A DNA stretch of 64,000 nt from positions 32,001 to 96,000 of the IMG/VR virus record IMGVR_UViG_3300031134_000001, one strand, 5' to 3'. The notes beneath the pieces were generated by a model that was not told the origin of the DNA, did not search any database, and worked only from the letters and a program-made list of their open reading frames with translations. The stretch comes from a virus. Taxonomy: Duplodnaviria; Caudoviricetes. The position numbers and the translations under genes were made by a program. Of the stretch, positions 1 through 10,594 are shown in pieces (within the stretch, counting starts at the first letter, position 1; each line of letters begins with the position of its first letter).

Positions 1-3000
1 ATCTGGTCTTCGTAACTACCGTCACGATCACCGTCCCCGTCAGAATCGAGCGTACTGCGCACTTTGCGTTTAGGCAGACGATCCATCAACACATCCCGAA
101 TCTCTTTCAGATACGAGACTTGTTCGGTTTGCAGTTCCACCGCTTTCTTGGTGATCTCAGCAGACGGGCCTTGACGGAATGGATTGCGACCGCGCAGGAC
201 GTCCATCGAACCACCAGCCAGATTCACAGCAGCCGACACGCCTTTCTTACCCAGCGCGTAACCATTCTTGATCAAGCTCGTACCAGCGTCGTTAACCAGC
301 TTACCGGCTTTCCACGCCAACTTACCTGCCGTACGAATTCCCGACATGGCAAAGTTAAAGAGCTTACCAATACCGCTACGGATTGGATTGCCGTTCTTGT
401 CGACCAGACCTTTGCGCAGATCGTCGTGCGTAAGCACTGTCTCTACGTTAGGACCATCGCCGATTAAGACCGGACCATCAATCTTACCTGGGCTCTTAAT
501 GACCTTACCCGAGGCCGCGGAGTAGTACACCCCAGCGCGCATCAACCGCGCCGTCATGACAGGGCTATCCAGACGGTCTTTGACAAACACGTCTTTGGCC
601 AAGTCGAGTAGTCCCCAGACTTTCTTACCGACCGAGAAGGCCATCTTAAAGACAGGCGGGATACCTTTGGTGACAACGCCCAACAAGCCCTTGCCGAGTC
701 CGTACGCGCCAGAAGCCACAGCGCCTAAGGCGTTGAGCGACTTCTTAACTGGACCGACCTTCTGCCAAGCCTGTTCGATTTCAGCAGCTTCAAGAACAGT
801 CTCTTCGCCCGCAGCGGTTTTACGCACCACATCGCCGCGGATATCTTTCAGCCGACGAATCGGCTTACCAGTTTCTTTGTCGAAGTAGACGTTACCTTCT
901 TGCAGCATCCGGCCATACAGTCGCGGCTTGCGTTCGTTACCAACGTAGATATCCACGAAGCCGCGCGCGCGGCGGTATTGACTACCGCCTACCAGACCAA
1001 TGCCGTCGGCAGCCAGACCAGCAGTACCTTTGATCGCACCCCAACCGAAACGCGCAGTACCACCCACTACCGTGTTGACAGCTTTTCCGCCGAAGCGGGC
1101 TGTGTTACCGATCATGCGGGCGCCGAAACCCACACTGCGGGCAGCGAATATCGCGCTACCTTTGACCACATCAACCAAACGCATGGCGCCGTTATTTACA
1201 GCACGCTTGGTCTTACGCACGATGCCGTCAGGTACACCACCTGTGGTGATAATACCGTCCTCCAAACGATCGCGGATACTTTCCAGAATCGTCTTGATTT
1301 CACCCAACGTGCCTTTGTGTTCTTCACCATCCAGACCACGCGACTCGTTACGTTGACGCATCTGTTCAGTCGCTTGTTGGATACGATCGTGGATGTTGCC
1401 AGCAGTCGAGCGAGCCCGGCCACTTAAGTCGGTGAACATCTGACCAGCTTGGCTGCGACGCTGACGCAGGTTCTCGCGGAACTCATCGCTGTTAACGTAG
1501 TCTTGCGCACGCTCTGCACTGCCACGTACTTGGTCCCAACGATTGCGCAGCATACCGCCCAACTCATTCATGCTAGGACGACCATCCCAAGCTTCTTGAG
1601 CGCGACGTTGTTGGTCGGTTAAGAACTCTTGCGCACCATCGATCTGTGGCTGATACTGCTGCCGGAGGCGGCCACCTTGTACTAAGGCTTGGCGCTGCAA
1701 ACGCTTAGCGCGGCGCTTGGCTTCTGCTGACAGCTCCTGCGCACGGCGCTTAGCCTCATCGATTTGGTCTTGATGCTGTTGTTTGAGGCGGCCACCTGAG
1801 ACCAACGCTTGACGCTTTAAGCGCCGAGCGTTACGTGCAGCAGACGATGCCAAATCACTCGCACCATCAATCGCCCGGTCAAACGCCGATGGACCACTTG
1901 CCCCGCCCATGTTGGCCAGATCGGCTTGCATGGCAGTTAAGATGTCTTTGATGTCCGACACCAAGGGTTTGCTGTTTTGCAGCTCAATCACAGCGATCAG
2001 CTTTTGCAGCTCATCAACCATGGTCGAACCGTTAGCGGTATCGTTCGCTGCCGGCGGACGTGGTAACTGTGGCGGCGTACCACGATTGCCACCACGCCAG
2101 ACTTGTGGCGTACGACGAACACCACCAATGCCTGGAGCGCCGTTGGCGTTGTACTGCTCGCCATCGAAGTAGCTGTAGACTTTCTCCATGTCGATCTGGG
2201 TCGACCCTGGCTTGATCAAGCCCATGTCTTCCAGCATATCGCGCGGATACACTTCGAGCAGCTGTTGGATTTCTTTCTTGCGGCTACCAGCTGAACGACC
2301 CACATCGCTAAAGCGGCTAGCGAACTGGTTGTTCAGTGAGAACTCCGAGGCTTTGTTCTTCTCGTTCAAAGCGCGGAACAGTTCAGCGAACTTCTCACCG
2401 TTTGCCGACTCATTGAAGTTTGACGCATTCTGATAGTTCGAGATGCGACCAGTCTCGTAGCCAGCGCGACCGCGCAGATTGTCCTTCATCAAGAGCTTGG
2501 TCAACTCAGCGCGTTGCTGTGGATTTAAAACACCTGCCGGATCAACCATCTCCATCAGGCTTTCTTGTTCCCGTTTCACGCCCTTCCTCGAATTTTCATC
2601 GAAGAGTTTGTTGAACACGGACTTACGAACGGCCTTGGTCGAAGAGAACGCACCGCGGCTATAGTCGTATTGGATCAGATCAACTGACGTGTCGCCCGTG
2701 CGAGCGATTTGTTGCTCTTGCACGATGCGCGCTAACAGACCTGGGATGACTTCCACAATCGTCTTGTGCGCTTGGTTACTGAACTGGGTCGGTGCGTAAA
2801 GATCAGCAACGCCCTTTTCCTTAACCTGGGTGTCTGTCGCATTAGCCCGACGGATCGTACCTTTGAACAAATCGATCAGTGGGTTGCCTGCCACGCCAGC
2901 AACTTTACTCAAGAAGCTCTTGAGGCCGTCTGGCATCCGGGAGTTGTCCAGGAAGTCTTTGGTGGACTGCTCGGCATCGGTGTATTGGTTGGACCAGTCG

Positions 3001-4199
3001 TTGGCGATCTGTGGGACGTTTGAACCGAAGTGTTGCAGACGGTTACCCGTACGACGCAAGGCTTTGGCTTTGTTGCCATTGTCGCCCATGATCTTCTTGC
3101 CGACTTTACTAGCGGCCAGACCACCCAACCATTTTGCAGCCACACCACCGACGGCGTTACCACCCATGCGGTAGCGATCCATCCCCATGTCTTCTGCCAT
3201 GTTGACGGTGTCGCCTGCCATCTCCATACCACTGATACCATCACGCACACCACCAGCGAATTTGCTGATGCTGCCAATGGCTTGCTCACGGAATGCTTTG
3301 CCCAAGTTCTGCATGAACTCAGTGCGAGCGCCGAAGACGGTATCCTGAATACCGCCCATGACCTTGTTACGCAACATGTCCTTGAACTTCTCGGACGCGG
3401 TCATCTTGATGAGATCAGGCAGCGAAGTGTTGTGCAAGATCCCCGAGAGCATCTCGGTGTTGCGTACGTTCTGACGACGGGTCTCGTTTAACGTATCGAC
3501 TGCCACGTAGTAGTGACGGGCTTGCAGTTCGAGCGACTTCTTGTGGAAGTTAAACTCGATCCGGCGTTGGTACGCAGCCATCGACACCACACTGCGACGG
3601 ATACCGTCGAGCTGGGCCAAGTTATCGTTATGTCGGTTGTTGCCAACCACATCACGGATCGTCTCACGCGCATCAGACTTGGCTTCTTGCCGAGCACCTT
3701 CTTTGGCGTTGTACTGGAACGTATCTGACAGCATGGCGGCAACAGCCATATCGTTCGCTGCATTGGCCCCGATACCGACCTGTGGTTGATCGCGATACTT
3801 GTCCGCGAAACCTTTGAGTACTTTCTCTGCAGATTTCGGCAGATACTTGCTACTCGACGGCATCATTTTGTCGATCATGCGACCGACATCTTTGAACATC
3901 GGTTTGGCCTCTTTTTGGCCTTCATTGTATAGCTCACGGACGGACGTTGCCGATTGATCAGCTAAATCAACCATGTCGCCGAACCCGCGTGGTAATGCTT
4001 TCTTCACGAATTCACGGAAGAACGACCCACTCTTTACTGTGTCCTTGGCGCCTTCCCATGCGCCAGCGCCGACACGTTCGACGGCTTCGCGTTTATTCTT
4101 AGGCGGTTTAACTTCCATACTGAATTCTTCAAAGTCAAATTCATTACCGAAGTCATATTCGTCAAGATTGAGGCGTTCTGTGTTTGATTTACTCGCCAT
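1..4199 (-). CDS. Tape measure / tail-associated protein, phiKZ gp181-like; N-terminal ~1400 aa, runs off the left edge
   Basis: ATG at 4199 gives MASKSNTERLNLDEYDFGNEFDFEEF. The frame reads sensibly at the window edge (DSDGDGDRDGSYEDQ); I spot-checked it rather than translating it fully. It is divergent from the vRNAP beta' gene, as in phiKZ gp181/gp180. The C-terminal lytic domain is not visible. Confidence 0.75.
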   Translation of the reverse strand, partial: MASKSNTERLNLDEYDFGNEFDFEEFSMEVKPPKNKREAVERVGAGAWEGAKDTVKSGSFFREFVKKALPRGFGDMVDLADQSATSVRELYNEGQKEAKPMFKDVGRMIDKMMPSSSKYLPKSAEKVLKGFADKYRDQPQVGIGANAANDMAVAAMLSDTFQYNAKEGARQEAKSDARETIRDVVGNNRHNDNLAQLDGIRRSVVSMAAYQRRIEFNFHKKSLELQARHYYVAVDTLNETRRQNVRNTEMLSGILHNTSLPDLIKMTASEKFKDMLRNKVMGGIQDTVFGARTEFMQNLGKAFREQAIGSISKFAGGVRDGISGMEMAGDTVNMAEDMGMDRYRMGGNAVGGVAAKWLGGLAASKVGKKIMGDNGNKAKALRRTGNRLQHFGSNVPQIANDWSNQYTDAEQSTKDFLDNSRMPDGLKSFLSKVAGVAGNPLIDLFKGTIRRANATDTQVKEKGVADLYAPTQFSNQAHKTIVEVIPGLLARIVQEQQIARTGDTSVDLIQYDYSRGAFSSTKAVRKSVFNKLFDENSRKGVKREQESLMEMVDPAGVLNPQQRAELTKLLMKDNLRGRAGYETGRISNYQNASNFNESANGEKFAELFRALNEKNKASEFSLNNQFASRFSDVGRSAGSRKKEIQQLLEVYPRDMLEDMGLIKPGSTQIDMEKVYSYFDGEQYNANGAPGIGGVRRTPQVWRGGNRGTPPQLPRPPAANDTANGSTMVDELQKLIAVIELQNSKPLVSDIKDILTAMQADLANMGGASGPSAFDRAIDGASDLASSAARNARRLKRQALVSGGRLKQQHQDQIDEAKRRAQELSAEAKRRAKRLQRQALVQGGRLRQQYQPQIDGAQEFLTDQQRRAQEAWDGRPSMNELGGMLRNRWDQVRGSAERAQDYVNSDEFRENLRQRRSQAGQMFTDLSGRARSTAGNIHDRIQQATEQMRQRNESRGLDGEEHKGTLGEIKTILESIRDRLEDGIITTGGVPDGIVRKTKRAVNNGAMRLVDVVKGSAIFAARSVGFGARMIGNTARFGGKAVNTVVGGTARFGWGAIKGTAGLAADGIGLVGGSQYRRARGFVDIYVGNERKPRLYGRMLQEGNVYFDKETGKPIRRLKDIRGDVVRKTAAGEETVLEAAEIEQAWQKVGPVKKSLNALGAVASGAYGLGKGLLGVVTKGIPPVFKMAFSVGKKVWGLLDLAKDVFVKDRLDSPVMTARLMRAGVYYSAASGKVIKSPGKIDGPVLIGDGPNVETVLTHDDLRKGLVDKNGNPIRSGIGKLFNFAMSGIRTAGKLAWKAGKLVNDAGTSLIKNGYALGKKGVSAAVNLAGGSMDVLRGRNPFRQGPSAEITKKAVELQTEQVSYLKEIRDVLMDRLPKRKVRSTLDSDGDGDRDGSYEDQ

Positions 4200-4275
4200 A
4201 ACGTCTTACTCCTAATTAGTATACTCGCCTCGTATCTCTTGAGGCTTCATAGTTTTAGCGCACTAAGGACTTAGC

Positions 4276-5895
4276 ATGCAAAAATCAATGCTGCCTTTCA
4301 ATGTATCGATTTTACATTTGACCCCCCCTAAGCTGGCGGGACTGGCACAAATTACGTCGTTGTCGATGTATGAAGGCATCACGAACAACTTCCACCCAGA
4401 TGGACTGTTCTCTACCAAAATCTTTGGCCGTGTGGGCGATGATGTCCGCGCGCGGCGTTATGCCTACATCGATATCAAAGTAGCGGTGTTCCATCCGATC
4501 ATCTACAACACGCTGGTCTCACTCAAGCGGTTGTATGGTGGCATCATGTCGGGTCACGAATACGCAGTGTGGAATCCCGAGAAGAAAGACTTCGACCGCT
4601 CGGACGCCATGGATGGTGAGACTGGTTACCATTTCTTTATGACGTATTGGGAACAGATCGACTTTGCCAAAACGTCTAGCGACAAACGCGACATCGCGAT
4701 TCGCTTAATCGAGAAATACAAGAAGCAAGCCTTAACCAGTAAGATCATCGTGATCCCTGCGGGCCTGCGTGATGTGGAAATCGGCGGGGATGGTCGGCCA
4801 CGTGAAGATGAGATCAATCCCATCTACCGCGAACTGTTAAGTACGGCCAACACCTTGTCCGACATCGCGATTCGCTCCACACCAGAACTGATCGACCGAG
4901 CCCGTTTCAAACTGCAAACCACGTTCGTTAAGATCTATGACCTGATCGAGCGTTTGATTTACGGTAAGAACAAACTGATTCAAGGTAAGTGGGCTAGCCG
5001 GCGCATTATGAACGGCACTGGTAACGTCATCACGGCCCTGCCGGTGGAAACCCAGTACCTGGGCGCAGCAGGCGCAGCAGGCTTTAACGACACGGCTATC
5101 GGCCTGTTCCAACTGATCAAAGGCTTGCTGCCGATCGCGCTGTACCAACTCAAGCATGGTTGGTTGCGTCAAGTCTTCCCAGACTACAGCTTGCCCGTTA
5201 ATCTGGTGAACAAGAAAACGTTGAAGGCCGAACCCGTATCGCTCAAGACCGAGTACTACGATCGCTTCCAAACCAATGAAGGGTTGGAGAAAGTCGTCAA
5301 CGCCTTCCGCGAAGAATCGCTACGCGACCAGCCGATGGAACTGGAAGGTCGTTACATGGGCCTGATTTATAAGGGACCAGACAACACCTTCAAGATCTTC
5401 AACGACATCGATGAGTTGCCTGCCAACCGTAGCCGCGCGCACGTCTATCCGCTCACGTTCTGTGAGCTGGTCTATTTGTCCGGTTATCGCATGTGGAATA
5501 AATATCCAGCGACAGTGACCCGTTACCCAGTGACCGGTGTGGGTTCGATTTACCCAACCAGTCTGTATGTGCGCACCACCACGGTGGCTGAGTGCCGCAA
5601 AGAACTGGGTCGTAACTGGGAACCGCTGGACGACTCCCACACTGCCTACGAGTTCCCGGTGCCTGGTCCGTACATGAAGTCGATGTCGCCACACCCAACC
5701 CGTCTGGCCAAACTGGACGCCGACTTCGACGGCGATATGATGAACTGCAACATCGTGTACTCCGATGAAGCGGTCGAAGAAGTCAACAACTATTTTGGTA
5801 AACGCCGAGCGTATGTCGGTACCAACGGTCAATTCATTTCCAGCACCGCGGTGCATACAGCAAAACTGGTGTTTCATAACCTCACAGGGGATTAG
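4276..5895 (+). CDS. Virion RNA polymerase beta' subunit, catalytic middle part (phiKZ gp180-like)
   Basis: RLAKLDADFDGD catalytic motif, GKWASRRI and RYPV (beta' motifs), 539 aa, synteny. Confidence 0.92.
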   Translation: MQKSMLPFNVSILHLTPPKLAGLAQITSLSMYEGITNNFHPDGLFSTKIFGRVGDDVRARRYAYIDIKVAVFHPIIYNTLVSLKRLYGGIMSGHEYAVWNPEKKDFDRSDAMDGETGYHFFMTYWEQIDFAKTSSDKRDIAIRLIEKYKKQALTSKIIVIPAGLRDVEIGGDGRPREDEINPIYRELLSTANTLSDIAIRSTPELIDRARFKLQTTFVKIYDLIERLIYGKNKLIQGKWASRRIMNGTGNVITALPVETQYLGAAGAAGFNDTAIGLFQLIKGLLPIALYQLKHGWLRQVFPDYSLPVNLVNKKTLKAEPVSLKTEYYDRFQTNEGLEKVVNAFREESLRDQPMELEGRYMGLIYKGPDNTFKIFNDIDELPANRSRAHVYPLTFCELVYLSGYRMWNKYPATVTRYPVTGVGSIYPTSLYVRTTTVAECRKELGRNWEPLDDSHTAYEFPVPGPYMKSMSPHPTRLAKLDADFDGDMMNCNIVYSDEAVEEVNNYFGKRRAYVGTNGQFISSTAVHTAKLVFHNLTGD

Positions 5896-5900
5896 TTCTC

Positions 5901-8900
5901 ATGTTGCTCGATTTTAATCTCTTTTATCGTAACTACGGTCTGCGTCGTGCTGACCAGCTGATGGCGCCGCGCTTTGGTCACTTGGAGAACTTCCAGCTGC
6001 CACGCCGTGCGATCTTCCATAGCGCCCACGGCAGTCCGAACCAATACGGTCCATCGGACAACGACGTTGCGCTGCAAGGCTTTTCAGCTGCGATCATGAA
6101 AGACGACAAGGTCATTCAGAAAGCGCAAGCACGCAACATCTGGGTGCACCACGTCTTGGCACTGGCGCCAGGTCAATTGGGTCAACCATCCAAGCTGGCA
6201 GTCCAACCAGTCCAAGTCATTCGTCAGTACCACCAACACTACCGCCGGTTCCGTAACGCGGTCGATGAAAAGCCGTTGGCTGATGTCAACAGCTTGATGG
6301 TGTACAACTACAACGTCCTGCCGCATCTGCTGCGCTATCCGCGTAACCAGTTCAACCAGTATCTGGAATGGTACAACATCGAACGCACGGTCTGGACCGA
6401 GATTGCCCGTCTGTCAGCCATTACCGATCGACCTCAGTTCGTGCTGTGCCATGTGCCGCAAGTGTTGCCCGCCCGGTCGATCTTGCAGCAGTACGATACG
6501 ATGGACCCGAAAAAGCCCACGTCCCGGATTGCGCAGATCCTTTACTCCAACGAGCATTTGTTCTTGGGTGAAGTGTGGAAGTGGTTTGGCGAGAACCGCA
6601 GTCAGTCGCTGCTGGGCTTGGTACCACGTAAGCACTTGAACCGTGTGAACTTGGTGTTCCTCGAATCCGGTCAATGGACCGTGATTAACCTGGGCGTGCT
6701 TGACTCGTGGCGACGGCCGCTGCCGGCGGAGAAGTTCGAGAACGAACAAGAGCGCTCGAATCTGATTGCGCCTAAGTCGTTCCAGAATCACATCCTGCGT
6801 TTCTTCATGTCCGTAACCCAGTTGCGTTCTGTCGCCCCGACGGAAGTTACTGACATGGACGGTCGTCAAGTTCTCGATGACGACGACAAGAAAGACTTGC
6901 AGAAGGAATTGGCCACGATCACCAAAGTCGATTCTGGTCCAGCCGTCATCAACCCAACTACGGGTGCTGCGACGATTGCGACCAACCAACTCAAGGCCCA
7001 GTTTAGTGGTGCGGCTGATGACAAGCCAGACGACACCGCTGACAGCGTGAAGGTGGATGCCAATCTCGACGCCTCGATCGATGCCGAATTGGCCGAGATG
7101 GAAAAGGTCTTGGCTGCGCCAGTGGCTGATAACGCAGGCGATGAACAAACGGCGACGGCCAAACGGGAAGCCTGGATTACCACACCACAAAGCGTGGATG
7201 CTGAAATCCCGCCACTCGTGCGTCCCAGTCACGAAGAAGCACTGCTCAAGATCGCCAAAGCCAATCTGGCCAACGGTTCGATTACTGCTGCCCAGTACCG
7301 CAACTATGAAAAGGTGGCAAACGCTTACAAGACCATGAAGTCGCCAGATGGTAAGATGACCCTTGGGGAATTCATCGACATCTCGCCTGACTCGCTCTTG
7401 ATCAAGGAATCCAAAGCGATTCCCGACATCTCGACCGTGCCTGACAAAACCATGCTCAAGTCCTCGCTCTTGGACTTTGACAAACGGTATACCCGTGAAA
7501 TCATGCAGCGTGACGTGGCCTCGATGGCAATGTGCTTTGCGCAAGCTGGTTATGGCGTGACGGAATACGACGTGGAAACCGTCGACAGTCTGATGGGGGC
7601 GTATAACGTCTACACGGTGCGTGTGTTGCCAACTGATGGCAGCGCCTCAACGGTGCGCTTTAAGTTGCCTGTGATCGATCCTGATGGCAGCTACATGGCC
7701 AACGGTGTGAAGTACAGCATGCGTAAGCAGCGTGGCGACATCCCGATCCGTAAGACTGCGCCTGACACAGTGTCCCTGACCAGTTACTACGGCAAAGCGT
7801 TTATCCGTCGTAGTGAAAAGAAGGTGAACAGTTACGCGCCGTGGCTGACCAACAACCTGATGGCCAAGATGCTCGACGATCTCGATCCGAGTATCACCAA
7901 CGGTCACCCAGGCGACATGTCAGACAACGAGGCGAAAGTCCCACGTCTGTATGCGATCATCGCGTCAGCGTTCAATAGCTTCACGTTGACCACGAGTGCG
8001 TTGTCAGGTGCCCAAGGCCATATCTCGTTTGAGATGTCGTTTGACCATACCAAGCGTGAAGCGTTGTATGGCAAAGAAGCGTTGGCCAAGTACGAACAGA
8101 ACGGCACGATCATCGCTGGTATCTCCACCATGAAGTCGCATTACTTCCTGATTGGTAAATCCGGCGCGTGTGCTCTTGTGGGTCCGTCGCTCACAGGCGA
8201 GCATGAAGTCAAGCAGTTCTCGTTTGAACAGCTGATCGGTTTGGATCGCGCTAAGGCGCCGGTCGATATCGCAGTCATGAAGATTGCTGGTGCGACGATG
8301 CCACTCGGTGTGATCTTGGCGTATGCCATTGGTCTGGACCCGATGCTTGCGTTACTCAAGTCGAAGATTCGCCGCGTGCCGGCGGGGACACGGTTGAACA
8401 TGGCGTTGAACGAAGCGTCGGTGGTATTTAACGATGAGTCGATTGTGTTTGACAAGAACGACCAACTCACCGGTTTGTTCCTGGGTGGCTTTAACGAATA
8501 CCATCGTCACATCCGTCGTTACAACGTGCATCTGTTTAACAGCAAAGAAGTCTACCTGAACGTGCTGGAAGCTGATGGTCTGGGCGTGCGCTACATCCGT
8601 GAGATGAACTTGTTCTACCAAATGTTCATCGACCCGATCACGCACGACATTTTGGTCGAAATGAAAATGCCGACTGACATGCGGGCACTGCTCGTGGTGG
8701 CTGGCACGATGCTGCTGACGGACGACCATCCAGACGAACTCGACGGCGCCTTCATGCGCTTGAAAGGTTACGAACGGATGGCTGGTGCAGTGTACTCCGA
8801 AATGGTACGCTCCATCCGTCAACACAACGGCAGTGCCGGCAAGTCCCGCTCAGCACTGAACATGGACCCGTTCGCGGTGTTCACGGCTATTCAGACTGAC

Positions 8901-10334
8901 CCTGCTAAGACTCAAGTGAACGAGATCAATCCGATCCAGAACTTGAAGGAACAGGAAGCGGTGACGTACAACGGCACGGGCGGTCGTAACAGTCGCACGA
9001 TGACCAAAGGCACCCGTACCTATCACCGCAACGACATGGGGTTAATCTCCACTGACACGGTCGATAGCTCGGACGTTGCGATCAACACCTCGACCTGCGC
9101 CAATCCCCAGTTCACATCCCTGCGCGGCCTAACGCGTCCTTACGAGGAGACGATGGGTAAAACGGCACTGCTTTCAACAGCTGTGTTGTTAGCACCGGGC
9201 ACCAGCAACGACGACATGAAGCGGGCTAACTTCATCGGCATTCAACACTCGCACACCGTCGCATGCGCAGGCTACCATCAGATGCCAGTGCGCACCGGTT
9301 ACGAGCAAGTCGTTGCACACCGCACAGGCGACATGTTTGCAGCCTCGGCTACCCAAGACGGTAAAGTCATCTCGGTGGCGCCTACCGGCATCATCGTGCA
9401 GTATGCTGATGGCACCCGTCAAGGTTACGAGATCGGTCGCCGGTTTGGTAACGCCGCTGGTCTGACGATCCCGCACGAGATCCGCGCCAACGTTAAGTTG
9501 AACGAGGAATTCAAACAGGGTCGTATCCTGATTTATAACACGGGCTTCTTTGAGACCGATATCTTAAATCCGGACAACGTGGTGTGGAAAGCGGGTATGT
9601 TGGTTAAGACCGTGTTGATGGAAGTACCAGAGACCCTGGAAGACTCCTCAGCCGTCTCAGCGCGCATCACGGACAAGCTCGTGACCAAGGTCTCGAAGTA
9701 CTCCGACGTCGTGGTAACGTTCGATCAAGCCATCTCTAAACTGGTCAAAGAAGGCCAAGCCGTCTCCAGCGAAGATATTTTATGCATAATTGAGGATGCT
9801 GTTACGAGTCAAGCAAATCTGTTTGATGAGAATTCTCTCAACACGCTCAAGCTGCTGAGTAACTACGCGCCACAGGCGAAAGTGAAAGGTGTCGTTGAGC
9901 GGGTGGAAGTGTACTACCACGGTGAGAAGGAAGACATGAGCGATTCTCTGCGGAGTATTGCCAATGCTTCTGACAAAGCCCTGGCTGAACGCTTTAAGTC
10001 CACCGGCCGGAAAGTGTTAACCGGTAGCGTGGATGAAGCCTTCCGCGTTGAGGGAGAACCTTTGCAGTTTGAACATCTCTGCGTTCGCATCTACATCACG
10101 TCAGACGTTGACATGGGTGAGGGTGACAAGGGCGTGTTCGCCAACCAAATGAAAACCGTCGTTGGTAAGAAAATGGTGGGCGAATATAAAACAGAGAAGG
10201 GCGACATCATCGACGCTGTCTTCGGTGCGCAAAGTATCGATAACCGGATCGTGCTCTCGCCATACGTCATCGGCATGTATAGCGTTCTTTTAGACCTAGC
10301 GGGTCAAGAAGCTCTCGCCGCGTACGAATCATAA
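5901..10334 (+). CDS. Virion RNA polymerase beta subunit, N-terminal large part (phiKZ gp178-like)
   Basis: 1477 aa; beta motifs NDDMKRANFIGIQHSH, GYEQVVA, GDKGVFANQMKTV and DAVFG; follows the gp180-like gene. Confidence 0.92.
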   Translation: MLLDFNLFYRNYGLRRADQLMAPRFGHLENFQLPRRAIFHSAHGSPNQYGPSDNDVALQGFSAAIMKDDKVIQKAQARNIWVHHVLALAPGQLGQPSKLAVQPVQVIRQYHQHYRRFRNAVDEKPLADVNSLMVYNYNVLPHLLRYPRNQFNQYLEWYNIERTVWTEIARLSAITDRPQFVLCHVPQVLPARSILQQYDTMDPKKPTSRIAQILYSNEHLFLGEVWKWFGENRSQSLLGLVPRKHLNRVNLVFLESGQWTVINLGVLDSWRRPLPAEKFENEQERSNLIAPKSFQNHILRFFMSVTQLRSVAPTEVTDMDGRQVLDDDDKKDLQKELATITKVDSGPAVINPTTGAATIATNQLKAQFSGAADDKPDDTADSVKVDANLDASIDAELAEMEKVLAAPVADNAGDEQTATAKREAWITTPQSVDAEIPPLVRPSHEEALLKIAKANLANGSITAAQYRNYEKVANAYKTMKSPDGKMTLGEFIDISPDSLLIKESKAIPDISTVPDKTMLKSSLLDFDKRYTREIMQRDVASMAMCFAQAGYGVTEYDVETVDSLMGAYNVYTVRVLPTDGSASTVRFKLPVIDPDGSYMANGVKYSMRKQRGDIPIRKTAPDTVSLTSYYGKAFIRRSEKKVNSYAPWLTNNLMAKMLDDLDPSITNGHPGDMSDNEAKVPRLYAIIASAFNSFTLTTSALSGAQGHISFEMSFDHTKREALYGKEALAKYEQNGTIIAGISTMKSHYFLIGKSGACALVGPSLTGEHEVKQFSFEQLIGLDRAKAPVDIAVMKIAGATMPLGVILAYAIGLDPMLALLKSKIRRVPAGTRLNMALNEASVVFNDESIVFDKNDQLTGLFLGGFNEYHRHIRRYNVHLFNSKEVYLNVLEADGLGVRYIREMNLFYQMFIDPITHDILVEMKMPTDMRALLVVAGTMLLTDDHPDELDGAFMRLKGYERMAGAVYSEMVRSIRQHNGSAGKSRSALNMDPFAVFTAIQTDPAKTQVNEINPIQNLKEQEAVTYNGTGGRNSRTMTKGTRTYHRNDMGLISTDTVDSSDVAINTSTCANPQFTSLRGLTRPYEETMGKTALLSTAVLLAPGTSNDDMKRANFIGIQHSHTVACAGYHQMPVRTGYEQVVAHRTGDMFAASATQDGKVISVAPTGIIVQYADGTRQGYEIGRRFGNAAGLTIPHEIRANVKLNEEFKQGRILIYNTGFFETDILNPDNVVWKAGMLVKTVLMEVPETLEDSSAVSARITDKLVTKVSKYSDVVVTFDQAISKLVKEGQAVSSEDILCIIEDAVTSQANLFDENSLNTLKLLSNYAPQAKVKGVVERVEVYYHGEKEDMSDSLRSIANASDKALAERFKSTGRKVLTGSVDEAFRVEGEPLQFEHLCVRIYITSDVDMGEGDKGVFANQMKTVVGKKMVGEYKTEKGDIIDAVFGAQSIDNRIVLSPYVIGMYSVLLDLAGQEALAAYES

Positions 10335-10336
10335 CC

Positions 10337-10379
10337 CACAGGACGGCTTACGCCGTCCTGTGATTCGTCTTCTTTTTTA
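10337..10379 (+). terminator. Intrinsic terminator
   Basis: CACAGGACGGC-TTAC-GCCGTCCTGTG 11-bp hairpin followed by a T-rich tract. Confidence 0.75.
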
Positions 10380-10396
10380 GTAACCAAAGGAACATA

Positions 10397-10594
10397 ATGA
10401 ACAATCTCTCATCTTTGCAAACCGTGCTGACAGTTGCCAATGCGGCTGAACTGACGGCAGCGATTGCGAAAGAGGTGCTGGGTAACGATGTGGCTGATTC
10501 GGTCGAAGGCAGCGAGCTGACCTCGGACGTCGTGCGCGATATCGCTGTGGCCCAAATCCAGCAAAACCTGTCCACCTACAACCGGAGCAAATAA
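10397..10594 (+). CDS. Small 65-aa protein, probably virion-associated
   Basis: AAAGGA SD; stop is directly followed by the ATG of the next gene; contains an SVE-G protease-type site. Confidence 0.7.
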   Translation: MNNLSSLQTVLTVANAAELTAAIAKEVLGNDVADSVEGSELTSDVVRDIAVAQIQQNLSTYNRSK

